A DNA stretch of 64,000 nt from Candidatus Poribacteria bacterium (GTDB lineage Bacteria; Poribacteria; WGA-4E; WGA-3G): contig CAXXLX010000001.1 in assembly GCA_963665235.2 (NCBI GenBank), positions 1,568,001 to 1,632,000 on the forward strand, read 5' to 3'. The position numbers were made by a program, and so were the translations under genes. Below are positions 38,940-49,363 of the stretch, piece after piece (the stretch's first letter is position 1; each line of letters starts with the position of its first letter). Under the pieces are notes generated by a model. The model was given only the letters and a program-made list of their open reading frames with translations, did not search any database and had not been told where the DNA came from.

Positions 38940-38969
38940 TTGACAAAATCTCCCATTTTCTTGTAAAAT
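38940..38969 (+). promoter_or_regulatory. Sigma-70 promoter candidate
   Basis: TTGACA-18-TAAAAT upstream of 39021. Confidence 0.55.
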
Positions 38970-39020
38970 AAAAACATTCAAAATTTTCTTTTTTTGTAAA
39001 ATGAAAAGGAGGAAACCCGA

Positions 39021-39839
39021 ATGAACAAAAACGTAGTCAGAGGACTCATTGTCCTCACTATATTAATCGGCATTATCGGTATGCTGTGGTTAAAGCAGCG
39101 GAACGCCGACACCTCACCTGAAATTATCTATGAACCGGGACCCCCGGAAGTCGTAGAGCGGATTCAGCGAGACAGGGAGGTGGCGCCGGAGGTGGATAAG
39201 GTGGACAATCCTCCCGAAGCTGATGCCCCTCGCGAAACAGCTGCTGAAGTGCTGGCTTCAACAGAAAAAACCTTTCCTCGAACGCGCGCCGAGTTTGAAG
39301 CACTCCCGCTTGAGGAACAAGAGGCACTCAAACATGCGGCAGAAGCTGTCTATTGGAAAGGAAGAGGCCTCGAGCCACCACCGCCTGGATACACCTATCG
39401 CCAAAATCAAGATGGGTATCACCTCGTTAAACGTGGAGAACCGCTCTTCAGAGTTACCTGGGATAACTTTGGGTATCATAACGACCACCAACTGAGTGAT
39501 GCCGAATGGGAAGAGTATAAGGCGTTAGAGATTATCGTAATGGGGTATTTCAATACAGAGACACGGCGGGCACAGGCAACCCCCGAAGTCGTTGCTTTGG
39601 CAAAAGAACGGTACGAGAAACTCAGAGAGAAAACCTGGGGGCCTATGCCCAGTGTATCGGTGAGTGCGTCAGGCGGCCTTTGGAACAATCTCTCTACACA
39701 GGAGGGGTATGAGAGAATTAATAGGCTAGCTATGGAAAAATTAGACTCACTTCTTCCGCCACCCAGAAGTGCTCGTATTGCTAATGCGGTTGTGGATAGA
39801 CTGATAATAGAACTTAAAGCTGAATTAGAGGAGGAATAA
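39021..39839 (+). CDS. Hypothetical membrane-anchored protein
   Basis: AAGGAGG RBS; N-terminal TM; GLEPPPPGY segment; no family recognised. Confidence 0.75.
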   Translation: MNKNVVRGLIVLTILIGIIGMLWLKQRNADTSPEIIYEPGPPEVVERIQRDREVAPEVDKVDNPPEADAPRETAAEVLASTEKTFPRTRAEFEALPLEEQEALKHAAEAVYWKGRGLEPPPPGYTYRQNQDGYHLVKRGEPLFRVTWDNFGYHNDHQLSDAEWEEYKALEIIVMGYFNTETRRAQATPEVVALAKERYEKLREKTWGPMPSVSVSASGGLWNNLSTQEGYERINRLAMEKLDSLLPPPRSARIANAVVDRLIIELKAELEEE

Positions 39840-39841
39840 CT

Positions 39842-40859
39842 ATGAAATATGTTTGTTTGTTTGTTTGTTTGTTTAACGCTTCTTTATCACAGTCCGGAAG
39901 CAGATGCTGACATTCGCGCACTGGCAGCAGTTCCCAATCCTATTGCAGGGGCTGCGGTCATGCCAGGTAAACATCGAAATGTCACCATAACTTATAATAC
40001 TAATGGTGACATTATTGACTTAAAGGAAGCAGGTATCTATCTTGTGGTTAATGCTGGGGTTGTGGCAGATGGTTTCGGACAAATTGCTATGACTACGTCA
40101 GGTGAACTGAAGAAAGGCGGGAAGACTGTTACCACGCTTTCGGAGGGGCAGACGATAGAGAGTATCGGATGGAATTTTTTCGGATTTCATTTTAATGAAC
40201 TCACGGCCGTGTATTGTTCGGCAGTTGGAGTATATAATGCCTCTAAATGTGAAGAGACAGGAAGTTTTATACTCGAAGGACTGAGTATTTATGCGTCGAC
40301 AACTTCAAGGTCAAAAGTAACGATAAAGTCGGGGGTGTTTTCCATTGAAAGTGGGGGCGGCTCGAGCACGATTAAATCGTCTAAACCGATGAAGGCCAGC
40401 TATCCATTTTCTATCGGCTGTACAGAATTGCATCAATCAAGGGGTGAAGACGACAGCGGGGACGAGGATGGCAGCCTCGGCATAGCAGATCAGGAGTTGC
40501 CAGCGGTAGCTGGTCTATGGCCGGTGGGTCTCTCTGAGATGCCGTCTCCTGGTAGCACCTACAATATGCTGTTGAATACGGATTCCCCTTATTATTGGGT
40601 GGATTTGTATGTGCAGGCACCTTGGGAGACAAGTAGCACCAGTATCAGCAGTCATTCTGGGGATGGAACGTCAAACTCAGTGACATTTAGTTATACCTTC
40701 CCGAGTGGTGCCATGAATACAGGCGATTTTCTGATAACAGCTACCATTTATCGCTGGTCTGATATGTCATACTACGAGGAGACGCATACCGTGCCTGTAG
40801 AAGTGAACAACACTCCAAACTGCAATTTATGCCTGAACGGGTGTTCTTCGTGTCAGTAA
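39842..40859 (+). CDS. Hypothetical secreted protein; (GTTT)6 tract in the signal peptide puts the RBS-proximal ATG out of frame
   Basis: ORF 39849-40859; C-terminal TD.PYY.V..YV...IYRW domain and Cys-rich tail CNLCLNGCSSCQ. Confidence 0.7.
39851..39874 (+). repeat. (GTTT)6 microsatellite
   Basis: Directly seen after ATGAAATAT. Confidence 0.9.
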
Positions 40860-41083
40860 CCCACTCGGGCGCAACCATGAAACACAGTCAGCCACCGTCT
40901 CCGGGCGGTGGTATCTCTTTGCCTCTTAAACGTGCATTCTGCAACCGGCCACTGTTTCCGGGCGGTGGCCCCCTCTTTTTACTCTTCCTTGCACCGCCAC
41001 CTCCTACCCGCTTCCGTTATGACAGCTTCACCAAACGCTTCAAAATTTTTATTTCAAATTTTAACAAAATATTTACATACCCC

Positions 41084-41113
41084 TTGACAACACATCAACT
41101 TGTCAACTATAAT
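41084..41113 (+). promoter_or_regulatory. Sigma-70 promoter overlapped by inverted repeat TTGACAA-N9-TTGTCAA
   Basis: TTGACA-18-TATAAT upstream of rbsK. Confidence 0.65.
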
Positions 41114-41141
41114 TAATAGAAATCCGTTAAAGGAGATATTG

Positions 41142-42077
41142 ATGAACGACCCGAAAGTGACCGTCGTAGGGAGCGCGAACGTCGACCTTGTCATCCGGGC
41201 GGAACGGAAACCGACCAAAGGCGAAACCCTCATCGGCGAAACGTTCGACATCTTTACCGGCGGGAAAGGTTTTAATCAGGCGACAGCGGCAGCGCGGTTA
41301 GGCGCAGCTGTGACACTCATCGGCAGAATCGGGGAAGACCTCTTTGGCGAAATGCTACGCACCGCAATGGCAACCGAACATATTGACAGCCAATTTGTCA
41401 AAAGCGATGCTGAAGGAGGGACCGGTGTAGCCAATATCGTGGTTGAACCGGATGGCGATAATAGTATTATCGTCGTGCCGCGCGCAAATATGCGTTTGAC
41501 ACCGACAGATATAGACGCAGCTGAAACCCGAATTGCTGAAGCGAAGGTGCTCCTATTACAGCTGGAGACACCGATTGATGCATCACAACGGGCAGTAGAA
41601 ATCGCTAAAGCTAACGACACAACTGTCATTCTCGACCCGGCACCTGCGCGTTCGCTGCCTGAAAGTTTATTGGCACAAGTGGATATATTAACACCTAACG
41701 TCTCGGAAGCAGCAGTCCTCGCTGACCAGAGGGTTACAACGCCTGAAGCCGGGATTACAGCTGCCAAGGCGTTACAAACACAGATAGCTCCCGATGGTTT
41801 TTCCGCTGTCGTGTTGACACTTGGAGAACGTGGCGTGCTGCTTTGCACACCGACGCGAACTGAACATGTCCCCGCAGTGCCGGTCGAAGCGGTAGACACA
41901 ACAGGGGCAGGGGACGCGTTCTGTGGCGCGCTTGCAACGGCACTCGCTAACGGAGATGACCTATTGGACGCGGTAACATTTGCTAACAGAGCCGGCGCGG
42001 CAGCTGCCACTGTTCTTGGCGCAACGCCTTCAATGCCGACTCGGCAGAAGATTGAGGCAATACACTCTACAATTTAA
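41142..42077 (+). CDS. rbsK: Ribokinase
   Basis: VVGSANVD, GGKGFNQA, LQLETP, VDTTGAGDAF; AAGGAG RBS before ATG 41142. Confidence 0.9.
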   Translation: MNDPKVTVVGSANVDLVIRAERKPTKGETLIGETFDIFTGGKGFNQATAAARLGAAVTLIGRIGEDLFGEMLRTAMATEHIDSQFVKSDAEGGTGVANIVVEPDGDNSIIVVPRANMRLTPTDIDAAETRIAEAKVLLLQLETPIDASQRAVEIAKANDTTVILDPAPARSLPESLLAQVDILTPNVSEAAVLADQRVTTPEAGITAAKALQTQIAPDGFSAVVLTLGERGVLLCTPTRTEHVPAVPVEAVDTTGAGDAFCGALATALANGDDLLDAVTFANRAGAAAATVLGATPSMPTRQKIEAIHSTI

Positions 42078-42177
42078 AGTCAAGAGAACGAAGCCCAAAC
42101 AACGTGCCGGGCTGGATATATGGCGAGGCAGATTTCATACACATAAACCTTATCAAACCGCAAGGAAATATTAAAAA

Positions 42178-45060
42178 ATGAAAAAAATACACGTTTGGTT
42201 GATAGTCGCTCTGTCGCTTTTCACAATTGCTACGCTGGGATTCGCGCAAGAGGACTGGGAAGCGCAGATGAGAAAAGATTTCGTGAAGGTGCTGAAGGAA
42301 AAGAAAAAACAGGCTGAGAAACATCGCGAATTTATCGCAAAATGGCAGAAAGCGGGGCACCTCGACGACCTTATTAATCTATACGAGACTGAAAAAGTGA
42401 ATCACCCGGACAATGCCGCATTTTATTACGGATTGGGTTATACCTACGCACGCAGCACACCGACAGAAAATAGGGACACCGAAGCACAGGCAATTGTTTA
42501 TTTTGAGAAGGCAATTGAACTTGATGTTTCCCTGTTTTGGGCCCACTTTAACCTCGCTGTTATCTACAAAAAACAGGGGAAAGATGCACAGGCTTTATCC
42601 ATATTCCGGACAAGCATCGATTTGAACCCGAAGTACTATCCTATTCACTATTACATGGGTGAGATTTATCTCAAGCAAGGCAAATACACTGAAGCATTGC
42701 ACGCCTTTGAATCGGCACACGCCTTAAACCGAAAATGGGCATATCCGATTTACGGGAGGGGGTTGGTTTACATGAGTCAGGGCGACCTGAATCTGGCGCG
42801 TGAGGCATTTGAGCATGCAATTTTGCGGGACCGCAAGTTTGCCCCCGCCTATATTAAATTAGGGCAAATCCTCGCCAAAGAGGGGTTTTTTGATGCCGCA
42901 CTAGCGGAGTACGGAAAATCAGCGCGATACCAGCCGTCCACGACACAAGATGTGTTCGAACTTGCAGTGATTTTCGCGGAGCAAGACAATACAGAAGGCG
43001 CGATTTCACTCTATCAACGCGCAATAGAAATTGACGCAACGTATACGCCCGCGCACTTCGCACTCGGTGAAATTTTTTACGCGCAAGGCGATGTTACAAC
43101 TGCTGTTAATCATTATCATCAGGCGATTGCCGTAGACCCATCGCTCAAAAACGCCTTTTTCGAACCGGTGGCACCCTATTTTGCCGGGGCAATGCCAGAT
43201 GATGAGGCACGCGCCCTCCTAGAGAAGATGCGGACCGTCCTACCGGATGACCCCCGTTCCTATTTCTATCTAGCCAAACTTGACACCGATGCTGAAAATA
43301 TAGAAACAGCAATCACGAATTACCAAAAAGTGCTTGAGCTTATTGAAACCGAGCCGAGCTATCTACAGATAGAACTTCCGCTCGGACACTTCCATGATGC
43401 ACACCTAAATATGGGGCACCTTTATCATAAGCAGGGGGACTTAGACGCTGCAGCAGCCAGCTATAAACGCGCAATAGAATTAAATCCGGAGCTAGCGACC
43501 CTTTTCTATGAAAAAGGTAAAACCGCTTTTGAGGCAGAAAATTATATAGACGCGCTGGAACCCCTACAGATACATCTCATGCTATTTCCCGAAGATATTG
43601 AGGCAACCTATTTACTCGGGCAGAGCCACGAAGCCAGTGGCGATACCGAAAACGCACTGCATTTCTACGAAAAAACGTTACAGTTGGATGCCAACCGACC
43701 AGATGTGCTTTTCAAAACGGTTTATATCTACCGGGAAACGGAATCCCATGAGAAAGCGTTGGATGCCTTGAAAAAGATAATAGCGATTGAACCGGCAAAT
43801 ACTGAAGCACACTATCTCTCGGGCCTGTCGCTCCTGACGTTAGAACGGCACGATGACGCGTTGGCGGCGTTCTTGGAAACTGTTCGCTTGGCACCCGATA
43901 ACGTTTCCGCGCACTACAACGCGGGAAAACTTTTTGAACACAAAAAGGATAACGACAACGCTATCGTTCATTACGAAAAAACGATTGAACTCGACCCGAA
44001 AACCGCGGAACCCTTCTTCCGACTCGGCGCAATCTACCACGGACGCGGCGATGATGATAACGTCATCCGAGTCTACGAACCCGCTTTGGAACTGGAACCG
44101 GAACATCCCAACCAACAGCATGCACTTGCTGTCATCTTTGAAAAACGGAGCCAGAACGAGGCAGAAGCAGAAGAAGAAAAGATTACGGAAAACCGTCTGA
44201 AAGCAATTCATCGCTACGGATTGGCGAACAAATTTGACCCCGAGCATTTCGACTGGCACTACCGGTACGCTCGGCTCTTAGACAAGCACGCCGAAACGCT
44301 TGAGAAATACGATACCCACGCTGAAATGGCGGTCGATGAATATACCAAGACGGTTAAACTCAACGGTGGGTTTGCGGACGCATATTTTCATCGCGGCCTG
44401 ATTACATACCGCTATAAACGTATCGGCAATACCGTTTACCGCTATGGCCAAATCTTGGAGGATTTTAAGCAGGTAACCGGTTTACAACCGAAGAATGTCA
44501 CCGCACACTACTATGTCGGAAAACTTCAAATAGCTAAAGATGAGTATACGCTCGCGAAGGATGCATTTCAAAAGGTCGTAGAACTTTCCCCCAAATATAA
44601 AGGCGTTAACCTAGAATTGGGTAAACTTGCACAACGTGAAAAGAGGTGGAAAGAAGCGATTCAGTTTTATGAAAAAGAGATAGGCATTGATGATAAAGCT
44701 ACGGAGGCTTACCAACGGCTCGGCGACCTCTACCATAGCTCGGAAATGGATTACAATAAGGCGAAAGAGATATTTGAGAAGGCACTCGAATTGGACGACA
44801 AGCACGTACCAACTATCCTTTTATATGCCAACAATCTCTTCAGCATGGATTCGCTGGGCGCAGCTGCTGACCAGTTTGAACGCGTGCTCCAATTGGAACC
44901 GGATAATTTGACAGCAAACTTCAATCTCGCCTTGATGTATGAGTATACGGAACGGATAGGGCAAGCCCGAGCACAGTGGCAGCGGTTTCTTGACTTAAAT
45001 CCACCTGAACAATGGAAGCTTCAAGCCGAGAAAAAGCTCCGCGAACTCGGGGGGCAGTAG
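42178..45060 (+). CDS. Large secreted tetratricopeptide-repeat protein
   Basis: Signal peptide and roughly 20 TPR-like units (A..YE.A.ELDP...AH..LG). Confidence 0.9.
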   Translation: MKKIHVWLIVALSLFTIATLGFAQEDWEAQMRKDFVKVLKEKKKQAEKHREFIAKWQKAGHLDDLINLYETEKVNHPDNAAFYYGLGYTYARSTPTENRDTEAQAIVYFEKAIELDVSLFWAHFNLAVIYKKQGKDAQALSIFRTSIDLNPKYYPIHYYMGEIYLKQGKYTEALHAFESAHALNRKWAYPIYGRGLVYMSQGDLNLAREAFEHAILRDRKFAPAYIKLGQILAKEGFFDAALAEYGKSARYQPSTTQDVFELAVIFAEQDNTEGAISLYQRAIEIDATYTPAHFALGEIFYAQGDVTTAVNHYHQAIAVDPSLKNAFFEPVAPYFAGAMPDDEARALLEKMRTVLPDDPRSYFYLAKLDTDAENIETAITNYQKVLELIETEPSYLQIELPLGHFHDAHLNMGHLYHKQGDLDAAAASYKRAIELNPELATLFYEKGKTAFEAENYIDALEPLQIHLMLFPEDIEATYLLGQSHEASGDTENALHFYEKTLQLDANRPDVLFKTVYIYRETESHEKALDALKKIIAIEPANTEAHYLSGLSLLTLERHDDALAAFLETVRLAPDNVSAHYNAGKLFEHKKDNDNAIVHYEKTIELDPKTAEPFFRLGAIYHGRGDDDNVIRVYEPALELEPEHPNQQHALAVIFEKRSQNEAEAEEEKITENRLKAIHRYGLANKFDPEHFDWHYRYARLLDKHAETLEKYDTHAEMAVDEYTKTVKLNGGFADAYFHRGLITYRYKRIGNTVYRYGQILEDFKQVTGLQPKNVTAHYYVGKLQIAKDEYTLAKDAFQKVVELSPKYKGVNLELGKLAQREKRWKEAIQFYEKEIGIDDKATEAYQRLGDLYHSSEMDYNKAKEIFEKALELDDKHVPTILLYANNLFSMDSLGAAADQFERVLQLEPDNLTANFNLALMYEYTERIGQARAQWQRFLDLNPPEQWKLQAEKKLRELGGQ

Positions 45061-45175
45061 TTTGAATCATGTCTCTCACTCGCCTGTGGCCGTTGTCGCA
45101 GGCGGGTTTCTGACTATAATTTTGGTATAGACATCTTGTGAATTAGCTTTACGGAGCCATTTTGAGGAAGAGCAA

Positions 45176-45931
45176 TTGGTGAATTGGCACCCCATAAAAC
45201 AGAAAGATTGGAAAGCTGAGGAACCGGGGGTGAAACATTCACCCCCCTTCCACTCTTCCACTCTTCCACCCCAGCTCTTTACGAACATTATCGGGAGCTC
45301 CCACATAGAAGTCCACGATGAGGTTACGTCCACGAACGATATTGCTATCCTCCGTGGAAAGGTAGGAGATGCCGAAGAGGGCATACTTATCATCGCTGAA
45401 CACCAAACCGCCGGCCGTGGCAGATATGGCAGAACGTGGGAAGCCCCGCCCGGTAAATGTATTCTCGCCTCCATCGTCTTCAGGCATCGCCTGAAGCAGG
45501 ACCAGGTGCATCTGCCGAACCTCATCGGAGCACTCTCTATTGCCGTAAGCATACATGCCACAACAGGCCTCGAAGCACGGATTAAACATCCAAATGATGT
45601 CCGAATTGCGAAAAAAAAGGTTGCAGGCGTACTAACAGAGCTTGAATACGACCAACATCAGCGACCCTTCTTTGTGGTAGGGTTCGGTGTGAACGTGAAC
45701 ATCACGGCCGCGGAATTTCCAGCTTCACTTCAGGAAACAGCGACATCTTTGCGAATTGCAGCGTCAGAAAACAACCTTAAGAGAGAAACGTTACAAGGAG
45801 ACGGAGACATATCTCGTGCTATGCTCCTCCAAGCAATATTGCAGCAATTTGAGGAGAACTATCTCCACCTGAAGGCTGGAAATATATCGGTAATTGCTAA
45901 TCAACTAAAGGCGTGGGAAGAAAAATCATGA
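45176..45931 (+). CDS. birA: Biotin-[acetyl-CoA-carboxylase] ligase (start uncertain)
   Basis: STND, AEHQTAGRGRYGRTW, IKHPND, KKVAGVL, GFGVNV. Confidence 0.85.
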   Translation: MVNWHPIKQKDWKAEEPGVKHSPPFHSSTLPPQLFTNIIGSSHIEVHDEVTSTNDIAILRGKVGDAEEGILIIAEHQTAGRGRYGRTWEAPPGKCILASIVFRHRLKQDQVHLPNLIGALSIAVSIHATTGLEARIKHPNDVRIAKKKVAGVLTELEYDQHQRPFFVVGFGVNVNITAAEFPASLQETATSLRIAASENNLKRETLQGDGDISRAMLLQAILQQFEENYLHLKAGNISVIANQLKAWEEKS

Positions 45932-46371
45932 AAAAAATTCTTGTCAGTGCATGTCTAATAGGCGTTAATTGTCGATATGATGGGGGCAACAGTTGCAATG
46001 AAGACGCGGTGAACCGCATCATGAAGACAGATGAGCTTGTCCCGGTCTGTCCTGAAGAAGCGGGGGGACTTCCGACCCCGCGGCCGCCTGTTGAAATTGT
46101 CGGGGGTGATGGCAACGATGTCTTGGATGGCAAAGCGAAAGTTCTGACCGCCGATGGCGAAGATAAGACCGAAGAATTTTTGAAAGGGGCACAGCATGCC
46201 CTACACCTCGCGCAATCCCAAGGTGCAACGTGCGTCATCCTCAAATCCAGAAGTCCATCGTGTGGGTGTGGCACAATCTATGATGGCTCGTTTTCCGGAG
46301 TGCTTACCGCAGGCGATGGCGTTACAACCGCACTCCTGAAACGCCACGGCATTGAAATCATTTCCATATAG
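45928..46371 (+). CDS. DUF523 family protein (2-thiouracil desulfidase-like)
   Basis: ILVSACLIG.NCRYDG, VCPE, LKSRSPSCG, GDGVT. Confidence 0.88.
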   Translation: MKKILVSACLIGVNCRYDGGNSCNEDAVNRIMKTDELVPVCPEEAGGLPTPRPPVEIVGGDGNDVLDGKAKVLTADGEDKTEEFLKGAQHALHLAQSQGATCVILKSRSPSCGCGTIYDGSFSGVLTAGDGVTTALLKRHGIEIISI

Positions 46372-46393
46372 GCAATTTAGCAATTAGTTACCA

Positions 46394-47173
46394 TTAACCA
46401 ATTCCGATCAATTGTCGAACCTGTTTCCCAATATCGTGGCTGCGCATCAGCGATTCACCAACGAGAATAGCATTGACACCTGCTTCCTGTAAGGACTCAA
46501 CATCTGCTCGTGTGTAAATACCGCTCTCACTGACGACAACCTTCCCTGTCGGAATAGATTCCCGGAACCTGAACGTTGTCGCGATATCGGTCTGAAACGT
46601 CCGCAAATCCCGGTTGTTTATGCCGATAATCTCCGCGCCAACATCTAATGCTATTACTAACTCCGCCGCTGTATGGACCTCCACCAGAGATGCCAGCGAC
46701 AGCGATTCGGCAATGTCCATAAATTCGCGAAGCTGTGCTGGAGTCAACACCGCCACAATAAGCAGAATAGCGTCCGCCCCTGCCAAGCGTGCTTGATAGA
46801 TGTGATACGGGTCAATTGTGAAATCCTTTCGGAGCAGGGGGACATCAACATGCTGACGAATTGCCGACAGATAATCAAGACTTCCCTCGAAAAAGCGAGC
46901 ATCTGTCAGGACAGAGATGGCCGCAGCCCCGTTCGCCGCGTAGGTTTCAGCGATGTGAACAGGGTCAAAATCTTCTCGGATAACCCCTTTACTTGGAGAT
47001 TTTTTCTTCACCTCCGCAATCAGATTGATGTCGCCCGCGTGTGCAATTGCCTGTCGAAAATCCTTCGTCGGGGGTGCACTCGCCACCTCCGCTTTTAATG
47101 TGGCGAGCGGCACCTGTTCCTGTTCGGTGTGGAGTTCTTTCTGCTTATGGGCAATAATAGTGTCCAATATCAT
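46394..47173 (-). CDS. trpC: Indole-3-glycerol phosphate synthase
   Basis: IAEVKKKSPSKG, LRKDF, GINNRDL, SESGI, LVGESLM. Confidence 0.95.
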   Translation of the reverse strand: MILDTIIAHKQKELHTEQEQVPLATLKAEVASAPPTKDFRQAIAHAGDINLIAEVKKKSPSKGVIREDFDPVHIAETYAANGAAAISVLTDARFFEGSLDYLSAIRQHVDVPLLRKDFTIDPYHIYQARLAGADAILLIVAVLTPAQLREFMDIAESLSLASLVEVHTAAELVIALDVGAEIIGINNRDLRTFQTDIATTFRFRESIPTGKVVVSESGIYTRADVESLQEAGVNAILVGESLMRSHDIGKQVRQLIGIG

Positions 47174-47204
47174 GGCTTCGCTTTATCCTCGGCTTAACCG
47201 ATAA

Positions 47205-48215
47205 CTATTTATTCGATATCAATTTTAAACGTTCCAACTTGTCCAGCGCGTTCCCAGAATCGATGGACACTTCAGCACGTTTGATTCCTGTCTCAAGGCT
47301 ATCCGCTTTTCCGCCGGCGACAATCGCAGCGGCGGCGTTCAACAGCACAATATCCCGTTTCGGTCCCTTCTGTCCCTTAAGGATATTTGTAGTGATGTTG
47401 GCATTTTCTTCAGGAGTGCCGCCGAGGAGTGCTTCCGGGTCAGCCTTTGGAATTCCGAGTGTTGCTGGGTCGAGCGTATAGGTTTTCACTTCACCGTTGG
47501 ACAGTTCCGAAACACGCGTCGTGGTTACCGTCGTGATTTCGTCTAAACCGTCGTTGCCATGCACCACATAAGCCCGCTGTGTTCCAAGGTTGTTAAGAAC
47601 ATTGGCATGCAATTGTGTGAGGTCTCGCGCGTAAACGCCAAGCACTTGTGCCTGTGCCCCTGCCGGATTGGTGAGCGGCCCGATGGCGTTGAAAATCGTG
47701 CGGATACCGATTTCTCTGCGGGGCCCGATAGCATATTTCATTGCCCCGTGCAGCATCGGTGCAAACAGAAACCCGATACCCACTTCATCAATGCACTGCC
47801 CGACGTGTTCAGGCGGAATCTCAATATTTACCCCCAATGCCATCAACACATTGGCACTCCCGCTTTGTCGTGTCACGCCTCGGTTACCATGCTTAGCGAC
47901 TGGTACCCCCGCACCTGCCACAACGAATGCTGAGGTTGTTGAAATGTTGAACGAGTGCAGCCCAGTGCCGCCTGTGCTGCAAGTATCAACGACTAATCGC
48001 TGTTTTGTCGGGACCGGGGTTGCTTTCGCACGCATCACACGGGCAGCCCCTGTAATTTCTGCTACGGTTTCCCCTTTGAGGCGCAAGGCAGTGAGGAAGC
48101 AGGCGATTTGTGCATCAGTCGTTTCACCTGCCATAATCTCGTCCATAGTTTCAATCATCTCTGCTTCGGTTAGGGAATTTCCCTCTATAACCTTCTGAAT
48201 AGCTTCACGAATCAC
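47205..48215 (-). CDS. trpD: Anthranilate phosphoribosyltransferase
   Basis: DTCSTGG, FNIST, KHGNR, GPLTNP, DGLDEI. Confidence 0.95.
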   Translation of the reverse strand: MIREAIQKVIEGNSLTEAEMIETMDEIMAGETTDAQIACFLTALRLKGETVAEITGAARVMRAKATPVPTKQRLVVDTCSTGGTGLHSFNISTTSAFVVAGAGVPVAKHGNRGVTRQSGSANVLMALGVNIEIPPEHVGQCIDEVGIGFLFAPMLHGAMKYAIGPRREIGIRTIFNAIGPLTNPAGAQAQVLGVYARDLTQLHANVLNNLGTQRAYVVHGNDGLDEITTVTTTRVSELSNGEVKTYTLDPATLGIPKADPEALLGGTPEENANITTNILKGQKGPKRDIVLLNAAAAIVAGGKADSLETGIKRAEVSIDSGNALDKLERLKLISNK

Positions 48216-48324
48216 GCGATATGCCTCCTAGATAATATTTTCGGGATTTTGTAATATTTTTAATTATAACGGAGATTCGTCAATTTTTCAAGTAGGGATT
48301 CCCGGAAGTCGTGACATTAATCAC

Positions 48325-48353
48325 TTGACATTTTATGGCATTTATCATACAAT
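48325..48353 (+). promoter_or_regulatory. Sigma-70 promoter candidate
   Basis: TTGACA-17-TACAAT, ~150 nt upstream of 48506. Confidence 0.65.
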
Positions 48354-48505
48354 TACTGTTAATTATAATAGAGAAGCACCCCGAATCCACGAGGCACACG
48401 GTGTGCTTACTTCACTGACAGGTGGAAATCGTAGGGGGAAATAGGTACTTTCATAATAGGCATGCCATTGTGGTATGTCATAACTTCCCTTAAAGGAGAT
48501 ATGAA

Positions 48506-49363
48506 ATGAAGAGAAATAAATCAAAGTGCCTGACGCGCTTTTTGACCCTATCCTTGATAACCTTGTCCTGTTTACTAACGTTTCCGCTTTTCGCAGAACC
48601 CCTCGATAGAGATAATAAGCCGGCAAAAGTGAACAGTGTATACGGAGATGTATCTGTTGATGACCTCTGGTACAATAATCAGGAACCGGGTGTCGCCTAT
48701 TTGAGGGGCTCCATTGAGCTCATACACTATAACCCTAAAGTGAAAAACGAGTTTGATTGGGGGTTCCGCCTCGAAATCGTTGGGTATGGTTTTGATGAGA
48801 ATGGTTTTGATGAGAAAGACGATCATTATGGAACAATAGGAGGAACAAATAATATCTTTACCCGCTCTCAAACCATCTCTCTACATGTTGACAGGACGCA
48901 TGCACGAAGAGGGGAAAGGCACGAGATGCTTGGCACCGTTTGGCTGAACGTCAAGCACCCCCGGCATCGGAATAATGTAGATGCTTGGCAAGCTAATTTT
49001 AAGGTTAGGTTTAATCACAACCCGAACCCCATTGTTGGACTCGGTCCCACAACAAATGGCGTTGACTTCGTGGACAATGCGAGAGGTTTCTTTGCCAGCC
49101 CAGGGGGTACCCAGGAGTCTCTGCTAATCACGGACGCACCTTATAGTCAAGTCTATTGGTATGTAAAAAAACCGAAGGATAAGACTTACGGCCCGAATGT
49201 GCAAATCGATGTGGGCAATGGCGAAATGACTAAAGCAACGATGCGTTACGACTTTCCTGAAAATATCGAAGGGACCTACAAAATAATCGCTTATATTTAC
49301 CGATGGGATTTATCTGTGTATGAGCTTAACTACAGTGTTTGGGTCGATGATGGGAGGCCATAA
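48506..49363 (+). CDS. Hypothetical secreted protein with the C-terminal TD.PY..V.WYV...IYRW domain
   Basis: Signal peptide; C-terminal ~100 aa aligns by eye with the C-terminus of 39849-40859. Confidence 0.75.
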   Translation: MKRNKSKCLTRFLTLSLITLSCLLTFPLFAEPLDRDNKPAKVNSVYGDVSVDDLWYNNQEPGVAYLRGSIELIHYNPKVKNEFDWGFRLEIVGYGFDENGFDEKDDHYGTIGGTNNIFTRSQTISLHVDRTHARRGERHEMLGTVWLNVKHPRHRNNVDAWQANFKVRFNHNPNPIVGLGPTTNGVDFVDNARGFFASPGGTQESLLITDAPYSQVYWYVKKPKDKTYGPNVQIDVGNGEMTKATMRYDFPENIEGTYKIIAYIYRWDLSVYELNYSVWVDDGRP

